This document shows positions 51,231 through 64,000 of a DNA stretch of 64,000 nt, one piece after another. The stretch comes from Azolla caroliniana (lineage: Eukaryota; Plantae; Polypodiophyta). Within the stretch, counting starts at the first letter, position 1; each line of letters begins with the position of its first letter. The stretch lies in the NCBI GenBank assembly GCA_043228905.1, contig JBHGNT010000007.1, positions 7,192,001 to 7,256,000 of the forward strand, in the 5' to 3' direction. Position numbers and translations under genes: made by a program. The notes under the pieces are model-generated. The model searched no databases. It had not been told where the DNA came from and saw only the letters and a list, made by a program, of their open reading frames with translations.

Positions 51231-53569
51231 TCACAAGACATAATGTTATTTTGTGAGTGCAATATATCACGCTAAAATGGATGGTAAGGTTACAAGTTAA
51301 ATGTTATTGTATCAAAATATAGGCTTTTATATATAGGCCAAATGTCGAATAAATTATCTAGGAGGATTATTTTCCCTTTTTAGAGTTTGTAAAAATTGCC
51401 AAACATATCTCTATAGGTTTTAGTCCATTGAGCTTATGGGTTTCAACCTTGATCTCTTATTGCGATTGGATTGATAAGAAAATGTTCTTGATAGAGAGGA
51501 ATTAGTTATTTTACCATCAATGTACCTTAACTATTGGACATCAAGATATTCAAAGACAAGATTAACAATCAATAAAAAAAGGTTCATTGATGAAAAGTAT
51601 CATAGTGTTTCTTCCAAGGATGATAAACACTACATTGCAAGTGTCCCAATAATTAGGAAGATCTCAAGATCGGAAAGGTGGCTAAATTGTTGACAAAAAT
51701 GATGTGGTTGATTTCATATTCTTAAACATATCCATGAGGTCCCCAGCTTGTCTTATAATTTGTGTACTCTTGACGTAAAATGGTATTTCATGAACTCATG
51801 AGTTACAAGAACGAGAATGTAGTTTACATTCAATTGATAAATAAACAAGTGACAATGTTTGTTATGAATTTAATATCAAGTGGTGGGATGAGGGTGGTCC
51901 CAACATGAGAATCGTACATGCATACCAAGACTTGGAGAGAAGGGGGGGGGGGGTGAATGCTCCTTACCAGATAGAAGTAGGTATTTAGTGAGCAAAACTC
52001 TTGAAAGTCTAGTATGATATCATTACTATGTGGTACTTACTAATTAGTATGAGTATATAAACTAAACTTGAAACCTGCATGGAACCCATTGACTAGAACC
52101 ATATATGATAACTTAATCATGGTTTGATGTCAATTATCCCATGGAGTTGATTGGTTCAAGCCTTGTGAATCAAGTTTCTTCAACATCACTTCCAATGTCT
52201 CCCACCATCCACAAGTACTCCCACAAACCTACAAGAATCAAAGATTTTAAAGATATTGACTATGAATTCCCGATGGAATACTTTGAGCCATACATGTTAA
52301 AGGTAAAGCTTCTATTTGAAGCATTTTCATGTATGGTTGTTCTAAGATTAAGAGGGTCAACTCATCTCATGTTTGGCCTTTTGTAAGCTATTGCGTATCA
52401 AAAGACAATCCTTATAGGAGTTGCTAACATTTTCATTACCAAAATTTGATTGACATTAATATGTGCAAGCTAGCTAAATTTGGGAGCACGATGAGCATTT
52501 TCATTTGCCAGACTTTGAGCTATATGAATACTTGATATTATATCTTTCTAATCATTGATATCATTTGCCCCGAAAATTGTTTTAACAAGATAAGTGTCGG
52601 TAAGATGAATGACATATGCATTTGAAACATGCTCATCTTGCCACAATTGTCATGATCACCTCAGCTAATTTGATGTTGATTGCCCAAAACTCATTGGTTT
52701 GTAAATTGTTGAAATCCCATTCCATCTGAATGCTCCGTCAACCTATGCCTCTGAATCTTTGTTTGCTTCCATATTGCAAGAACTTAAAGAAGCACATATA
52801 TTTTAATATGTTGTGAAACAATAGTAGATTGTCACCGAGGTGAATTTATCTTAGGGCCAAATGTATGTAAATTACAAGGCAATAAAACAAAAATATCATT
52901 CCACGAGGGAGGAAGTGATGTTGTTAATTTATGTCTCTTATGTTCAAGTGTTCTATGTAGTCCTTTATGAGGAAAAGATTCCCACGTCTTAGGAAACGTA
53001 AGGCCTTGATGTGGTGCACTGACCTAGATGGATTGTAAAGATTCCCGATTCCCCATCAGTTCAAAAGCTTATCCAAGAGTATGACAGATGCAACACTTTG
53101 TGGCGAACTCCGGATGGGAGTAGAGACACGACACAGAACATATTACTAGGCACCAACATAACGTGAGCGTAATGTAATGTTTGTACAAAGGTGTGAAGCA
53201 GCATTGGTACAGAAACGTGCGGGTCCTTGGACTCGATGTAAAGAAAACTTAAAAGCTCTTTGTCGAGGTTTATTTATGAAGGCCACATGAGAGACATGGA
53301 AAGCTCTTCAATCACGAAAATGTGGTTGGGGTTTGGTTCTTCTTTATCTTTTCTCTCTTATTTTGTTGTTGCAAAAGGGGGGGGGGGGGGGGGTGGTGTT
53401 ATAATTCATATTACATAATATGCAACAAGAAAAGCAAAAAAGCAGAAAAGCAAAACAAACGGAAAGCAAAATGAGGAGTAAATGAGAAGCAAAAAAGAAA
53501 GAAAAAGAAAGCTGCGCCACGGAAAAGCAGAAAAGAAAAGCTGAGGATCCGCGTGAAAGCGGCGGGGCC

Positions 53570-53720
53570 TTGCTGACGTGGACAGGCGGGGGTGCTCAGA
53601 TCTGAAGGCCAGCCACGTGGCATCGAAACAAACCAGGATTAATTTCCAGTGACGTGGCATGCCGGGATGACGTGGAGAAGAGAGGGGGTTGGATGACGTG
53701 GCGGGATTGCAGACGTGGCG
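53570..53720 (+). promoter_or_regulatory. Cluster of six ACGTGG (ABRE/G-box) motifs upstream of the IQD gene
   Basis: ACGTGG at 53576, 53615 (within the palindrome GCCACGTGGC), 53652, 53670, 53696 and 53713. Confidence 0.65.
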
Positions 53721-53808
53721 GAGCAAAGGCAGGATTTCTAAAAGTCAGAGGAAAACTAGAAAACCACCAAAGCGAAAACCACCGTAATAAAAACCACTCT
53801 TCTGCCTG

Positions 53809-53811
<3 letters not shown>

Positions 53812-53859
<48 letters not shown>

Positions 53860-54130
53860 TCTCTCTGTTTCCAGCTCTTCACTCAGTCTCTCTCTAAATT
53901 CTCTCTCTCTCTTTGTCTGCATCATTTCCCTGTCGCCATCTCCTCCTCTCTCGCTCAATGTCTCCCTTTCCCTCACTTCCTGTATCATTCATCGATTAGA
54001 CTCCCCTCTCTCTCTCTCTCTCTAAATTCTCTTTCTCTCTGTATTGCTTTTTAATGGAAACCTCCCTTCATTATCCAGGCTCCAGTGCCAGGGAGAGCTC
54101 TCCATTCTTCTTCTTCTTCTTCTTCTTCTA
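53812..54130 (+). repeat. CT/CTT-rich tracts in the IQD proximal promoter or 5' UTR
   Basis: (CT)n at 53814-53854 and ~54006-54023; (TTC)n at 54106-54129. Confidence 0.8.
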
Positions 54131-54333
54131 ATCAAATGCTAAATTCATGGTACTTCATACCGCTACCTTCTAAGAATTCCATGTCCTCATACCGCCAATT
54201 TCTAATTCTCTCTCATGACTGCGTGTTCCTATTTCGTATGATTTATCACCGATGAAATAGAAGACAGGAAGACAGACAGGCAGACGGACAGACAGAGTGA
54301 CGAAGAGATAGGGCGTTAAGGGATTTGAATCGA

Positions 54334-57300
54334 ATGGGTAAGCCGAGAAAGCTGCTGAAAGCATTACTGGGAGGAGTGAAGCTGAAGGGATCGTCGTCAC
54401 AGAAAATCCCGGTGGCGGAAGAAATAGAAGAAGAAGAAGAGGAGGAGGAGGAGGAGGAGGAGGAGGAGGAAGATCGGTGTGCAGAGGCAGCAGGTGCCAT
54501 TTGCGAGGGGAAGGAAGGCGTGCAGGATTACACAGACAGCATTAAATCGAGTACTACCATAGCGGCTGCTGCTACTAATCATGGCGAATATGGTGAGGAT
54601 GCGTGCTATGATCGAGATTACGGGAATCAGAGGAATGGCGATGGATCTCTCTGCGAGAATCCGAAGGCGGCGGAGGGGCGGCGCAAATGTGCGTGGGTTC
54701 AAGTGGGGGGGGGGAGCAGGGGGCTCCGCACACTGGCGGAGGAGCTGGAGCGTGCCACGTCAGCGGCCAGGGCCAGGGGCGGCGGCGGCGGCGGCGTTAG
54801 TAGTAGCAGCAGTAGAGCAGCGCCTGTAACTAAAGCTGCTCATGAGAATCGAATGATTAGTTGGGCCAATGGCAATGGGATGTCATTATCATCATCATCA
54901 TCATCATCATCACCATCGCCATCGCCATCATCATCATCGGCGCCATCGCCATCAATGGCCACATATGATGATCATGCTTCTTCACGCACTCATCATCATC
55001 ATCATCATCATCATGACCACCATTGGGCAGCCACTGTCATACAGACAGCTTTCCGTGGCTACCTGGTACATACATATACATACATATATACCACATATAT
55101 ATATATATATTATATAAATCATATTACTTTTATTATCATTCTATTTTTACTTAATTCTTCGAGTCCCTGTTTTTCCACTTTCGTTTCAAATCTCTGCACT
55201 TCCTCCTCTCTTACTTACTCCCGCGTTTTTAATGCTTTGCAAACTCCATCATCATCATTCCCATCATTTATATATATGTACACTGCAACTACCAGCTACT
55301 ATTATTACCGCAGTATCAGAATAGGCCATTTCTTGCCACTTTTGATCTTTGCAGTTAATGGCCCTCACGGTATATGTATGTCGCAGATCCAATGATTTAA
55401 TGCATCCATTTTTAGACCTTTTTGTTTTTGTTTTTACTCTTCTTTATATTTTGCTTCATTAAACAAAACACTCCCTCCAAATAAACGCTGCTAGTTCTTA
55501 AATTGATTAATTACTGAGGAATGCCTAATACATATTGTCTGTCGCTCCATATGGCGTGATTCATGTGTAAATTGTTCCCTGCCTCTGCTCTTACAGCATT
55601 GGGAATGAAGTCAATTACTGCCATAATATCTCCACATTGTCTTCTATAGTTACAAATAATTCAATTAGGTTTAATCTTCGACAGTATTCTCTCTCCATTT
55701 AACATCGAGGCTCCAAATCATCTACGAATGATTCTTCTTTCTCTACAATCCATCTAAACCCTAAATTGATCTCTGTAATCCATCTAAACCTTAAATTGCT
55801 CTCTATGCTTAAATTGATCTCTAAACTCTAAATCCGTGCTCCATAGGCACGGAGGGCATTGCGGGCATTGAAGGGGCTGGTGAGATTACAGGCATTGGCA
55901 CGGGGGCGGATCGTGAGGAAGCAGGCTACGGCCACGCTGCGCTGCGTGCAGGCGCTGGTGCGGGTGCAGGCACGCGTGAGGGCACGGCGCGTGCGCGTGT
56001 CCCATGGGGGCCGGCACGCCTGCAGAATCATCACTAACCATAACAACATTCCTGCAGACAATGATGATGATGTTAATTATGATGGTGATGATGGAGATCC
56101 CGGCCTGCCTCCTCCACCCCACACTAAATCACTCGGAGTGAGTATCACCTAACCTTTCTTTCAATCATCAGTATATATGCTTCATTCTTTCAATTCAAAT
56201 CTCCCACTCTTGTTTACCATAACTCCAATATATATACTGCCCCATCTGGGAGGAGTTTTGCCATGGAGAAAGCCTATCGAATCGAAAGCATGTACAATAA
56301 ATAATCCGGCACAATCGGATTCTCTTCTTCCAAAAGTATTTTGCCAACTTCTCCATTTCCCCCCCGCAAAATTGCCGCTCTGCTAAACCATAATTCTGGG
56401 AATGCTTGCTTACTCAAAAGTTTATTGTATTTGGTTGGTATCAATAATGCGAATCTACCAAGTGGAGACAATAATGGGCAAATATATGTGCTTAAAATGC
56501 ACCTGCTCTAGTTTATTCATGAAAGTGGACACAATAATGGGCAGTGTTGTGATTAGTTATTTCTAGCTGATTAGTTATGGCTAGTAGTTCATATAGTTAA
56601 TTAGCTTGCAATAATGTATTTTCTTTCCTAACAATCACTAGTTAATTAGCTATCAATAATGTATTTTCTTTCTTAGCAATTACTAGCTAATTAGCTATGG
56701 GTACTACCAGATGTAGGTAGTTAAGCTATGGCCAGTACCTGATGTAGCTAGTTAGCTATGGCCAATTTGTATAAGATTGCCAGAAATGATCAACATGTGA
56801 CTTTGAGTTTATAATAGGCCATAGTTTCCCATATATAATATGCCTTTAAGTCGAGTAGAGTAATTAGTTCTCCAAATGCCAATCTACTTCACACATAAAT
56901 CCAGCCAATATGTGTCTCACATTGGATTAACTATGATCCAAATTGATTAAAATAGATCAAACTATCAGCCATTGGATTATTTAGTAAAGAATGATGACGA
57001 TTATGATGACATGTATGTCAAATTTAACATATTAATGGAGTCTGTTTCTTTTTCTTTTTGCCCATTGTCAGGAATCAGAGTGGGATAATAGTGTTGCTAC
57101 ACCTGAGCAACTCCAAGCCAAAGCAGAGCAGAGACAGATAGCTGCAATGCGGCGAGAGAAAGCATTAGCCTATGCCTTCTCAGAACAGGCGAGTTTGTTA
57201 CACACACACATCTATATTTATTATATGCACACATAATATATATGATTCAAGTTAAACCAATATACTAAGTCATGATCATATCAAATGCATAGCTAATCAG

Positions 57301-58646
57301 TCATGCCAATTGCATTATGAATTATGCTGTGTTGATGCCGCCCTGCAGAGAATTAGCCTCTGGAGAATTATATTAGGGGGAACTAATTAGAATCCTGAGC
57401 GCACAGTAAATTAATCTTTGCCACAAGGAAGCAATGCAATTAATTAAGGTGTCACATAATATTGGGCTACACAACACGAAATTGAGATTAATGAAAGGTT
57501 TACAAGGACCTAATGAATGGCTTTTCTTTCATGGATCAGTTGCGGAGATGCACTCCGGCGAGGCGGACATCCGAATCATTCGTGACCGATTGTAAAGACC
57601 AGGATAAGAGTCACTGGGGTTGGAAATGGCTGGAGAGATGGATGGCCGCGAAGCCATGGGAGACTTCATTCCCGGGCCTCGCAAGGGAGCATGTGAGTGT
57701 CATGAATGTGCTTGCAGAACCCTGCATTCGTCGAGGAGGAGCCGAGGATTCGCAGCTTATGACGAAACCCATGTACTATACTAATAATACTACTACTACT
57801 GATTCAAGCTTCTGTTCAACCACATCCCCCAATCAACACCATGATCATCATAATAAACCTAAGGGCTATGTGAAGAAGAGAAGCCTCTCCATTCCGGAGA
57901 GCTCATGGCTCGTTGCGACCAATGCTGGATCGAATGTCCGGAACAATCCGAACCCGGATCCTCCCCATGACAGTGTGTTGGTGTCCCCAAGTACAAAGAC
58001 CAGTGCTCTGTCCCATCCTACTCCAAACTGTACATTAATGCCACATACTCTCACCAAGCTCAATTCCATGGGTAGCTCCCACAATGTTCCGGACAAAAGC
58101 GGGGCCTCCGCAATGGCAGCATCGGGTAATCTCGATGATGCACATATGGATTTGTCGCCAAGCTCGCCACTTAGGTCAAGTAGGGTGTCCACACCCACAT
58201 TGAATGTGAATGTGAATGTGAAGGAGAGGGAGAGGTCTCCTTCAGCTGTGGAGGGTGTAGGGGACCTCGAGGCGGCCATGACTGCTACACCGAAAGAACG
58301 GGAGGAATCGCGAGGCAATGCGGATTGCCCTAAAGAAAGCATCGAAGAAAAGACCAAGACCAAGACCAAGACCAAGAAGGAGAAGGTTAGTGAAATAGGA
58401 GGAGGAAGGCATAGCCTAATTGAGAAGCCAGGATACATGCAATCCACACATTCTACTAAAGCAAAGGCCCGCGCCGGCGAACAAGGGGGTGTCGTAGTTC
58501 CCGTGAAGCATGTAACGCCTCCGAAACGCCGTCCCGCTACGGTGGGCGGTGCCGACATTGGCATGGCTCCCATGCCCACTACATCTCATAGATTGGTCTC
58601 GCACATGCGAACCGGCAGCAGCCGAGCTCTTGGATTAAAACCCTAA
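54334..58646 (+). CDS. IQD: IQ67-domain (IQD/SUN-like) calmodulin-binding protein, 4 exons, 748 aa
   Basis: Exons 54334-55065, 55847-56137, 57072-57188, 57540-58646 (2247 nt, all phase 0). MGK..LLKAL N-terminus; IQ67 domain [13 protein letters not shown]|[45 protein letters not shown] split by the family's conserved phase-0 intron; [20 protein letters not shown]; [16 protein letters not shown]; [15 protein letters not shown] (DUF4005-type). Intron 3 is GC-AG. Confidence 0.92.
56560..56765. repeat. AGCTA/TTAGCTAT minisatellite-like tract in IQD intron 2
   Basis: Contains GTAGCTAGTTAGCTATGGCC and related units similar to 19120-19577. Confidence 0.6.
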
Positions 58647-58660
58647 ACCCTAAACCCTAA
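58638..58660 (+). repeat. Short telomere-type repeat (AAACCCT)x3 overlapping the IQD stop codon
   Basis: AAAACCCTAAACCCTAAACCCTAA. Confidence 0.8.
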
Positions 58661-61600
58661 GCACAAAATCCAGTGACCACCACACTATGTAAAAATGAGA
58701 AGAAGAAGAAGATGATGATGATGATGATGAAGATGCAAAATCAGAAGCAATTGTGTCAAAATGGTATCACAAACTTGTGAAGCAAAAAGCAAAAGAAAGC
58801 AATGTCCATAGCACTTGGTTATTATTTTGGATGGATCACCTTATGTTTTACACTTTGTCTCTTTTGACACTTTGTTATGATTTGCTTTTTGGCCTACTCC
58901 TTTTCCTCGGTGGCATGCCTTCCATAAATTCCATCTTTTTAAAATGGACCTAATAACATCAAACAACAACAACAAAATTACTAAGGATTCAAGAAGAAGA
59001 ATAAAAAGCATGAAAAAAATTGCACCTTAAAAAATATCTTTCATCCTTTGTTCCCTAGCACTAAATAAACTAAACTTACACTATCAAAGTAGATGTCATC
59101 TTATGCTTGGTTTTTATCAAGAATTCGTCCATACCCTCACTTCCCCCCTTCATTTGTCCCAAACTATTCCATCACACTATATACTACAATTGTCACCCAC
59201 CGTCCCATGGATTTCGTTAGTTTCACCTTTCGGATTTAACGGAAAGCATGTATTGTTGTTGGCTAGCATGCAATGATCGCTTTCATGTTTGTTATTATCA
59301 TGTCATTGTATATGTGCACTTGCACTTTGTGATTTACTGAATGTGATGTGTGTTGAATGCTCAAAGAACGAGTTGACAAAGCGTTGCAGTTTCGGGTTCT
59401 GAGTTTCTCTTACAATTTGGAGAGAATCATGAGATTGTACATTTTGTACTGTGCTCGTCGACATTCAAATTGGGGAGAAAACACTTGAATATGGATGTTA
59501 AGGACTTGCTTATTTATTCGCACTTATTAATAGCGGTTGAACGAGATGTGTGAGTTAGTGTTACATGAGAACCAAGGGCAATCATCCTTCAAGGCAGGCA
59601 TGTCCCCAAACTTTATGTCTTGCTAGAAAAAGAAATCCTCGTTGAAAATAAAAATGGTATGCTTAGTTTGGAAAATCATACTCGTTATACTTAAAACAAT
59701 TCCATGTTTTGTTCGAGTCCTCTTATACAATGAATGTATTCATTATATTTCTAACAACGTAATCTTCTCAAGCATAAGGAATTGTTACAACTAGCTAGCA
59801 CAATTGGGGATCACTCCTTTTTTATCTCTCACATATGTTGCAAACACAATGTGTTACTCATTGAGATTATATTCCTAATATTGATTGAAATCTAAAAAGT
59901 TAACATGATGATGGAGAAGGAAGTTTTTGAAAAAAAATTCAGCATTCATGCGTTATGACGATACAACAACGATGTTTTGAAATTTAGTATTTATGTGTCA
60001 TGACGATAAAACAAGGATGTTTTGAATTTTAGCATTCATGTGTCCTTTATGAGTTGTCCGAACTCATTCAACTTCCGCAATCAATATCATAGTAAAAGGT
60101 CATCGGTTCAATTCAAGCATCCAAATTATTGCCAATGGCACTTAGTGGTAATTGCACTCTTTCTTTTGAATTTGCCTTTGGATATTTTGTTGGAGGCATC
60201 CTTGTTAGAAATACTCATAACTATGGATTTTTCTCCTACCAAGGCGACTTTACAATGAAGAAATGCTCCTTCCATGTGATAATCGATGGATGCTTTATAA
60301 AGTCTCGAAATTCCATAATAAAAATATTGGATTATGAAAACATGATTGATAAACAAATATGCATATGCAATGCACAAAATAACTTTTATTTCTTAAACAT
60401 AAAAATCATTCGACTTCCATCAACACCACATACATTCTCCATATTTACATATAAAATGCAAAGCAACTCTTTTCCGCTAAAAGCATGGCAAAACACATTT
60501 TGATGCTTTTCTAGAGAGCAAAAAACAATAAAGAATTTCTTCATATAAGTATCCTAAAGATACTAGTATTTAAAATATCAATATGGCCAAGTTTGTTTGA
60601 GAAGTGGTGTCTATATTAAATATATGCATATGCACCTCAAAACCTTGAAAACAGACTCTTTACATGTACTATTGAAGGCTCAAAACCCTTCTACTACGAA
60701 TGACACATCTAAAGTATCTCTATCCAAACACACAAGATCCTCTATTCTACATATATTGTTTAAAAAGCTCAACTAATTGTAAGTAGGAAGATTGTGTTAC
60801 GCTGATATCAATCGGTAAACAATAACACCCTTACAAAGGGCACTCCGTAAACACAAAATAGTGATGGATTTAGTTTATTCGCCACTAAGACAAAGAAACC
60901 CTCTTATACTCCTCAATGTGTTTTCTCAATTTGGAACCTTAGCTAACTAATTTGCCACTATGGAAATCGTATAGGACCATAACATATAATGAGCCCAAAT
61001 TGGTGTTACATGAATTGGAGTATATTTTACATCAATTATTATAATATGCAAACTCCAATAAGGATAATATAACATGCATACATACTATGAGGATTTATTT
61101 CTCACTTTAGTCCTAGTTAATCATAAAAAATGTGGATTGATTGGGATGTCACAATGTAAGTAGATTTCAGCACCCACTAGCTTTCATAATTAATTTGACA
61201 CAACATTGAATTAAGTGCACAACGTAAGTCATGGATAGAAATACAAAGTACTTAACAATTACCCTACAATTAGAAACAACTCTTGAAACTTATTTTTTTT
61301 AACCCTTGAATTAAGGACAATTCTCTCATTAGTTGGGAGTTCTTCAAAGAAAATCTACTTATTTGTTGATGTTTATAACCAAACTACCTTATTTTAAGAA
61401 GGAATATTGAGGGTGTTTTAAAATTGAATGGGAATGTTCCGTTTCATAGAGGATATTACAAATACACCACTGAGTTTGTTGAACTTTGTTCTGAATTGTC
61501 CTCTTATTTGAAGGACGCTCCCTTTTATTTTTATTTCAATTTACACGTTTTACAACATCTCATTGTGCAATGTTTTTAGTGGATATAATGATACTCCGTG

Positions 61601-63510
61601 CTTAAAAAGATATCCACTACATCCACGGGGCTAAATTTAAACACTTCATGAATACTTGTTTTGTTGATGGTGGACCACCTTTGAGATGTTTGCTACCTGT
61701 CCACAACTAATAAATAATGCTTCTTTCTTTTTCACCTTTTTCATGACAACATGAAACCATGAGTTGGATGATTATGACCTGATATTTCTCACACATATTG
61801 GTTGCTATTTTGTTTCAAATTCTATGGATGATTCTTTTATTTTTTATTGCCTCTATGGTCGAGCATGCACAATTGAGGGCTATTTTAGGCCCCTTTGCCT
61901 TATAATTCTCCATCTTCTACACTTGGCTCAACTTGTATTCTAAAAGCAAAGCTTAGTAACTCTCTCACTATTAGACTTTAGTTGGGAATGTTTTCCAGAG
62001 TTACTACATTACTTTTCACTAATTAGTAGCACAAATTGACCAACAACTTGGTTAAGATCATGATGTCCTTTTACTAGTATTATATTTTCATGGTGTACTC
62101 GGCATAATTCAAAGAGTACACCATATGTTTTAGATATTAATAAAACATCATGGGGGTCCTTGCATGCTACTTGAATTATTCTTTACTGCTATGTGCTTTG
62201 TGCAATTATCTCTTGAAACAAGTTCACTGATTCCAATAAATTTGCATGTGGAAGCTAGGTTTGGGTTGTTGACACTGTAGCTTCTGGTTTATGTTATGAT
62301 GACTATTGACACATAGGCACACAAGTGTACTAGCCTAGGAGAGACTGACCCATAGGATCACAAAGATCCACCCAATTATATGGAGGGGGAAGAATATCAT
62401 ATCGTCTTAGCAATAAAGACACGGGGAATATGCACGTCTCTTATTTCACTCATTTGTTTCCAAGTCACTCATATTTTAAGATAAGCGAATAAGGTTATAC
62501 CCTCCATCTACACTGCTCAATGCTTTAGTGCCTCACTATGCAATCATATGGTATGTGTGTATAAGGCCACCCTCCTACGAGAGATGTTTATTGCCACAAC
62601 GGGGGTTTATATGTAATATGTTAAGACGAAAATTAAGGCAACATTAAAGGGAGAAAACATGCAGTTAATCAACTAGTCGATAATGGAATGATAATTGCCA
62701 TCTTGCCACACCTTTTCTAATGTTTTGGATGTTCATGTAGGCATCCCACTCTAGAGAGCTCCATTGTTCATGTCATGAGAGAGAGAAAGAGTTATTCATG
62801 ACAACATCTTATTAGCCATCTTGTTAAGCCTTTGTTTGCAGAATGAACTTTGGCCCTGAAAAAACCTTGCCTTCGACTCCTAGCATATTCTTACAAGTTC
62901 CAAGGGGGACAATGAACAATGCACAAATAATTTACAATAATATTGAAGAACAACTTATTATACCCAACAACAATTCACCATTGACAAACCATTTCAATCA
63001 ATCAATTAATAATAATACTAGTGCAAAAACTTCTTTTTTTAATTTGGAGAAATAGAAGGTGAAGTTCGATATTTTTGTAACCAACAATGATATATACCTT
63101 CATAATCAATTAGGAATGGAGCTTTATGAATATTTTTACATGAGATTACTGCTAGGACAATGTTAGAACTAATTGTCTAGTTGTATGGATTGGTTTAATC
63201 AAAGATGTCTTTATATGAATTTTAGGATGTTTGTGCCATAAACAAATAGGAACTAACATTTCCATAGAAGGGGAGGTAGCACAATCACGACATGTTAAGA
63301 AGACTCTACACAACCCACATTAAAGTCGGGCGATTAGGACAATCTATCAACTTCAACATGACAACCTCAAGGTAATAGTTAAATACTTTAACCGTTGTCG
63401 TGAAGCAATTGCTTTACAATATAAAAACAAACTCAAATATTATCAAGTGAAATTTGTGAGCCTTGAACCCATGATGTTGTATACCAAATACAAAGCATAA
63501 ACCATTACGA

Positions 63511-63927
63511 TGTATTATTTATATCTCTTTCATATTGGGGACTCATATGAGCAGGACAACCCCAAATGGCGATCATGCATCACATGCATCCTCAGATACA
63601 TCATATGCACATGTGCACCTATATAAAGAGGGGGAAGGGATGCATCAATCAATCGATCAAATCAGAAAATCACATAATTAATTAATCAAACAAGTTAGCT
63701 CATATGTGAAGTATCTTATTTTTAAAAATTGAAGTCAAGGAATCAAAGCCGGAGTTTGACATAGAAAAGTTTCATCTTTGCAATCGAGCATTGTAAATTT
63801 GGTAAAATCTTGTATTCTCAATCATATCATATACTCTTGCTTCTTAAATCATGCATTGTCTCTGTCTCTTGTCTATGCTTGTCTCTCTCGCATGTCTAGC
63901 GGTTCGACGCATCGAGCATGAACTACA
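63511..63927 (+). mobile_element. Possible LTR-like sequence
   Basis: TG..CA-bounded segment with CTATATAAAGAGGGGG and a CT-rich U5-like end; no TSD or PBS found. Confidence 0.35.
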
Positions 63928-64000
63928 TGTTAGAAATATTGAGAATCGATTAGATAGGTATATAGAGTTACAACCATAGAGATGGATATATGAAAACAAA

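Noticed and set aside
55066-55395. Hydrophobic C-terminal part of the 356-aa ORF
   Set aside because: Read-through into IQD intron 1 past the conserved phase-0 donor after FRGYL.
57866-58579. 237-aa antisense ORF, and other antisense ORFs over the IQD and gypsy coding regions
   Set aside because: Shadow ORFs of GC-rich sense coding sequence.
63455-63510. Minus-strand GGGTTCAAGGC B-box-like motif suggesting a SINE head
   Set aside because: The A-box is poor and no tail or TSD was identified.

Overview
AT-rich, intron-containing land-plant nuclear DNA (possibly a fern or other seed-free plant; this is inference only). It holds two intact protein-coding genes: a 10-exon organellar (chloroplast/mitochondrial) phenylalanyl-tRNA synthetase on the minus strand (2727-9127, 422 aa) and a 4-exon IQ67-domain (IQD) gene on the plus strand (54334-58646, 748 aa, one GC-AG intron). 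About 45 kb of mostly decayed, nested transposons lie between them: Ty1/copia and Ty3/gypsy fragments (including two nested gypsy elements with tRNA-Trp primer sites), solo LTRs, L1 LINEs and MITE-like elements. PheRS intron 1 carries a MULE-like foldback with a nested hAT MITE. The most unusual items are: (1) a ~1.9-kb segment present twice that carries a promoter and an orphan GC-rich, transit-peptide-like first exon whose splice phase matches PheRS exon 2; (2) a 291-bp element with LTR-type TG..CA ends and a 5-bp TSD but 85-bp inverted repeats; (3) a solo LTR with an 8x54-bp hairpin array, inserted 23 bp from an L1 inside a ~162-bp tandem repeat; (4) a tRNA-like head abutting an L1 fragment; (5) a six-ABRE/G-box cluster upstream of the IQD gene. 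All alignments and counts were made by eye.
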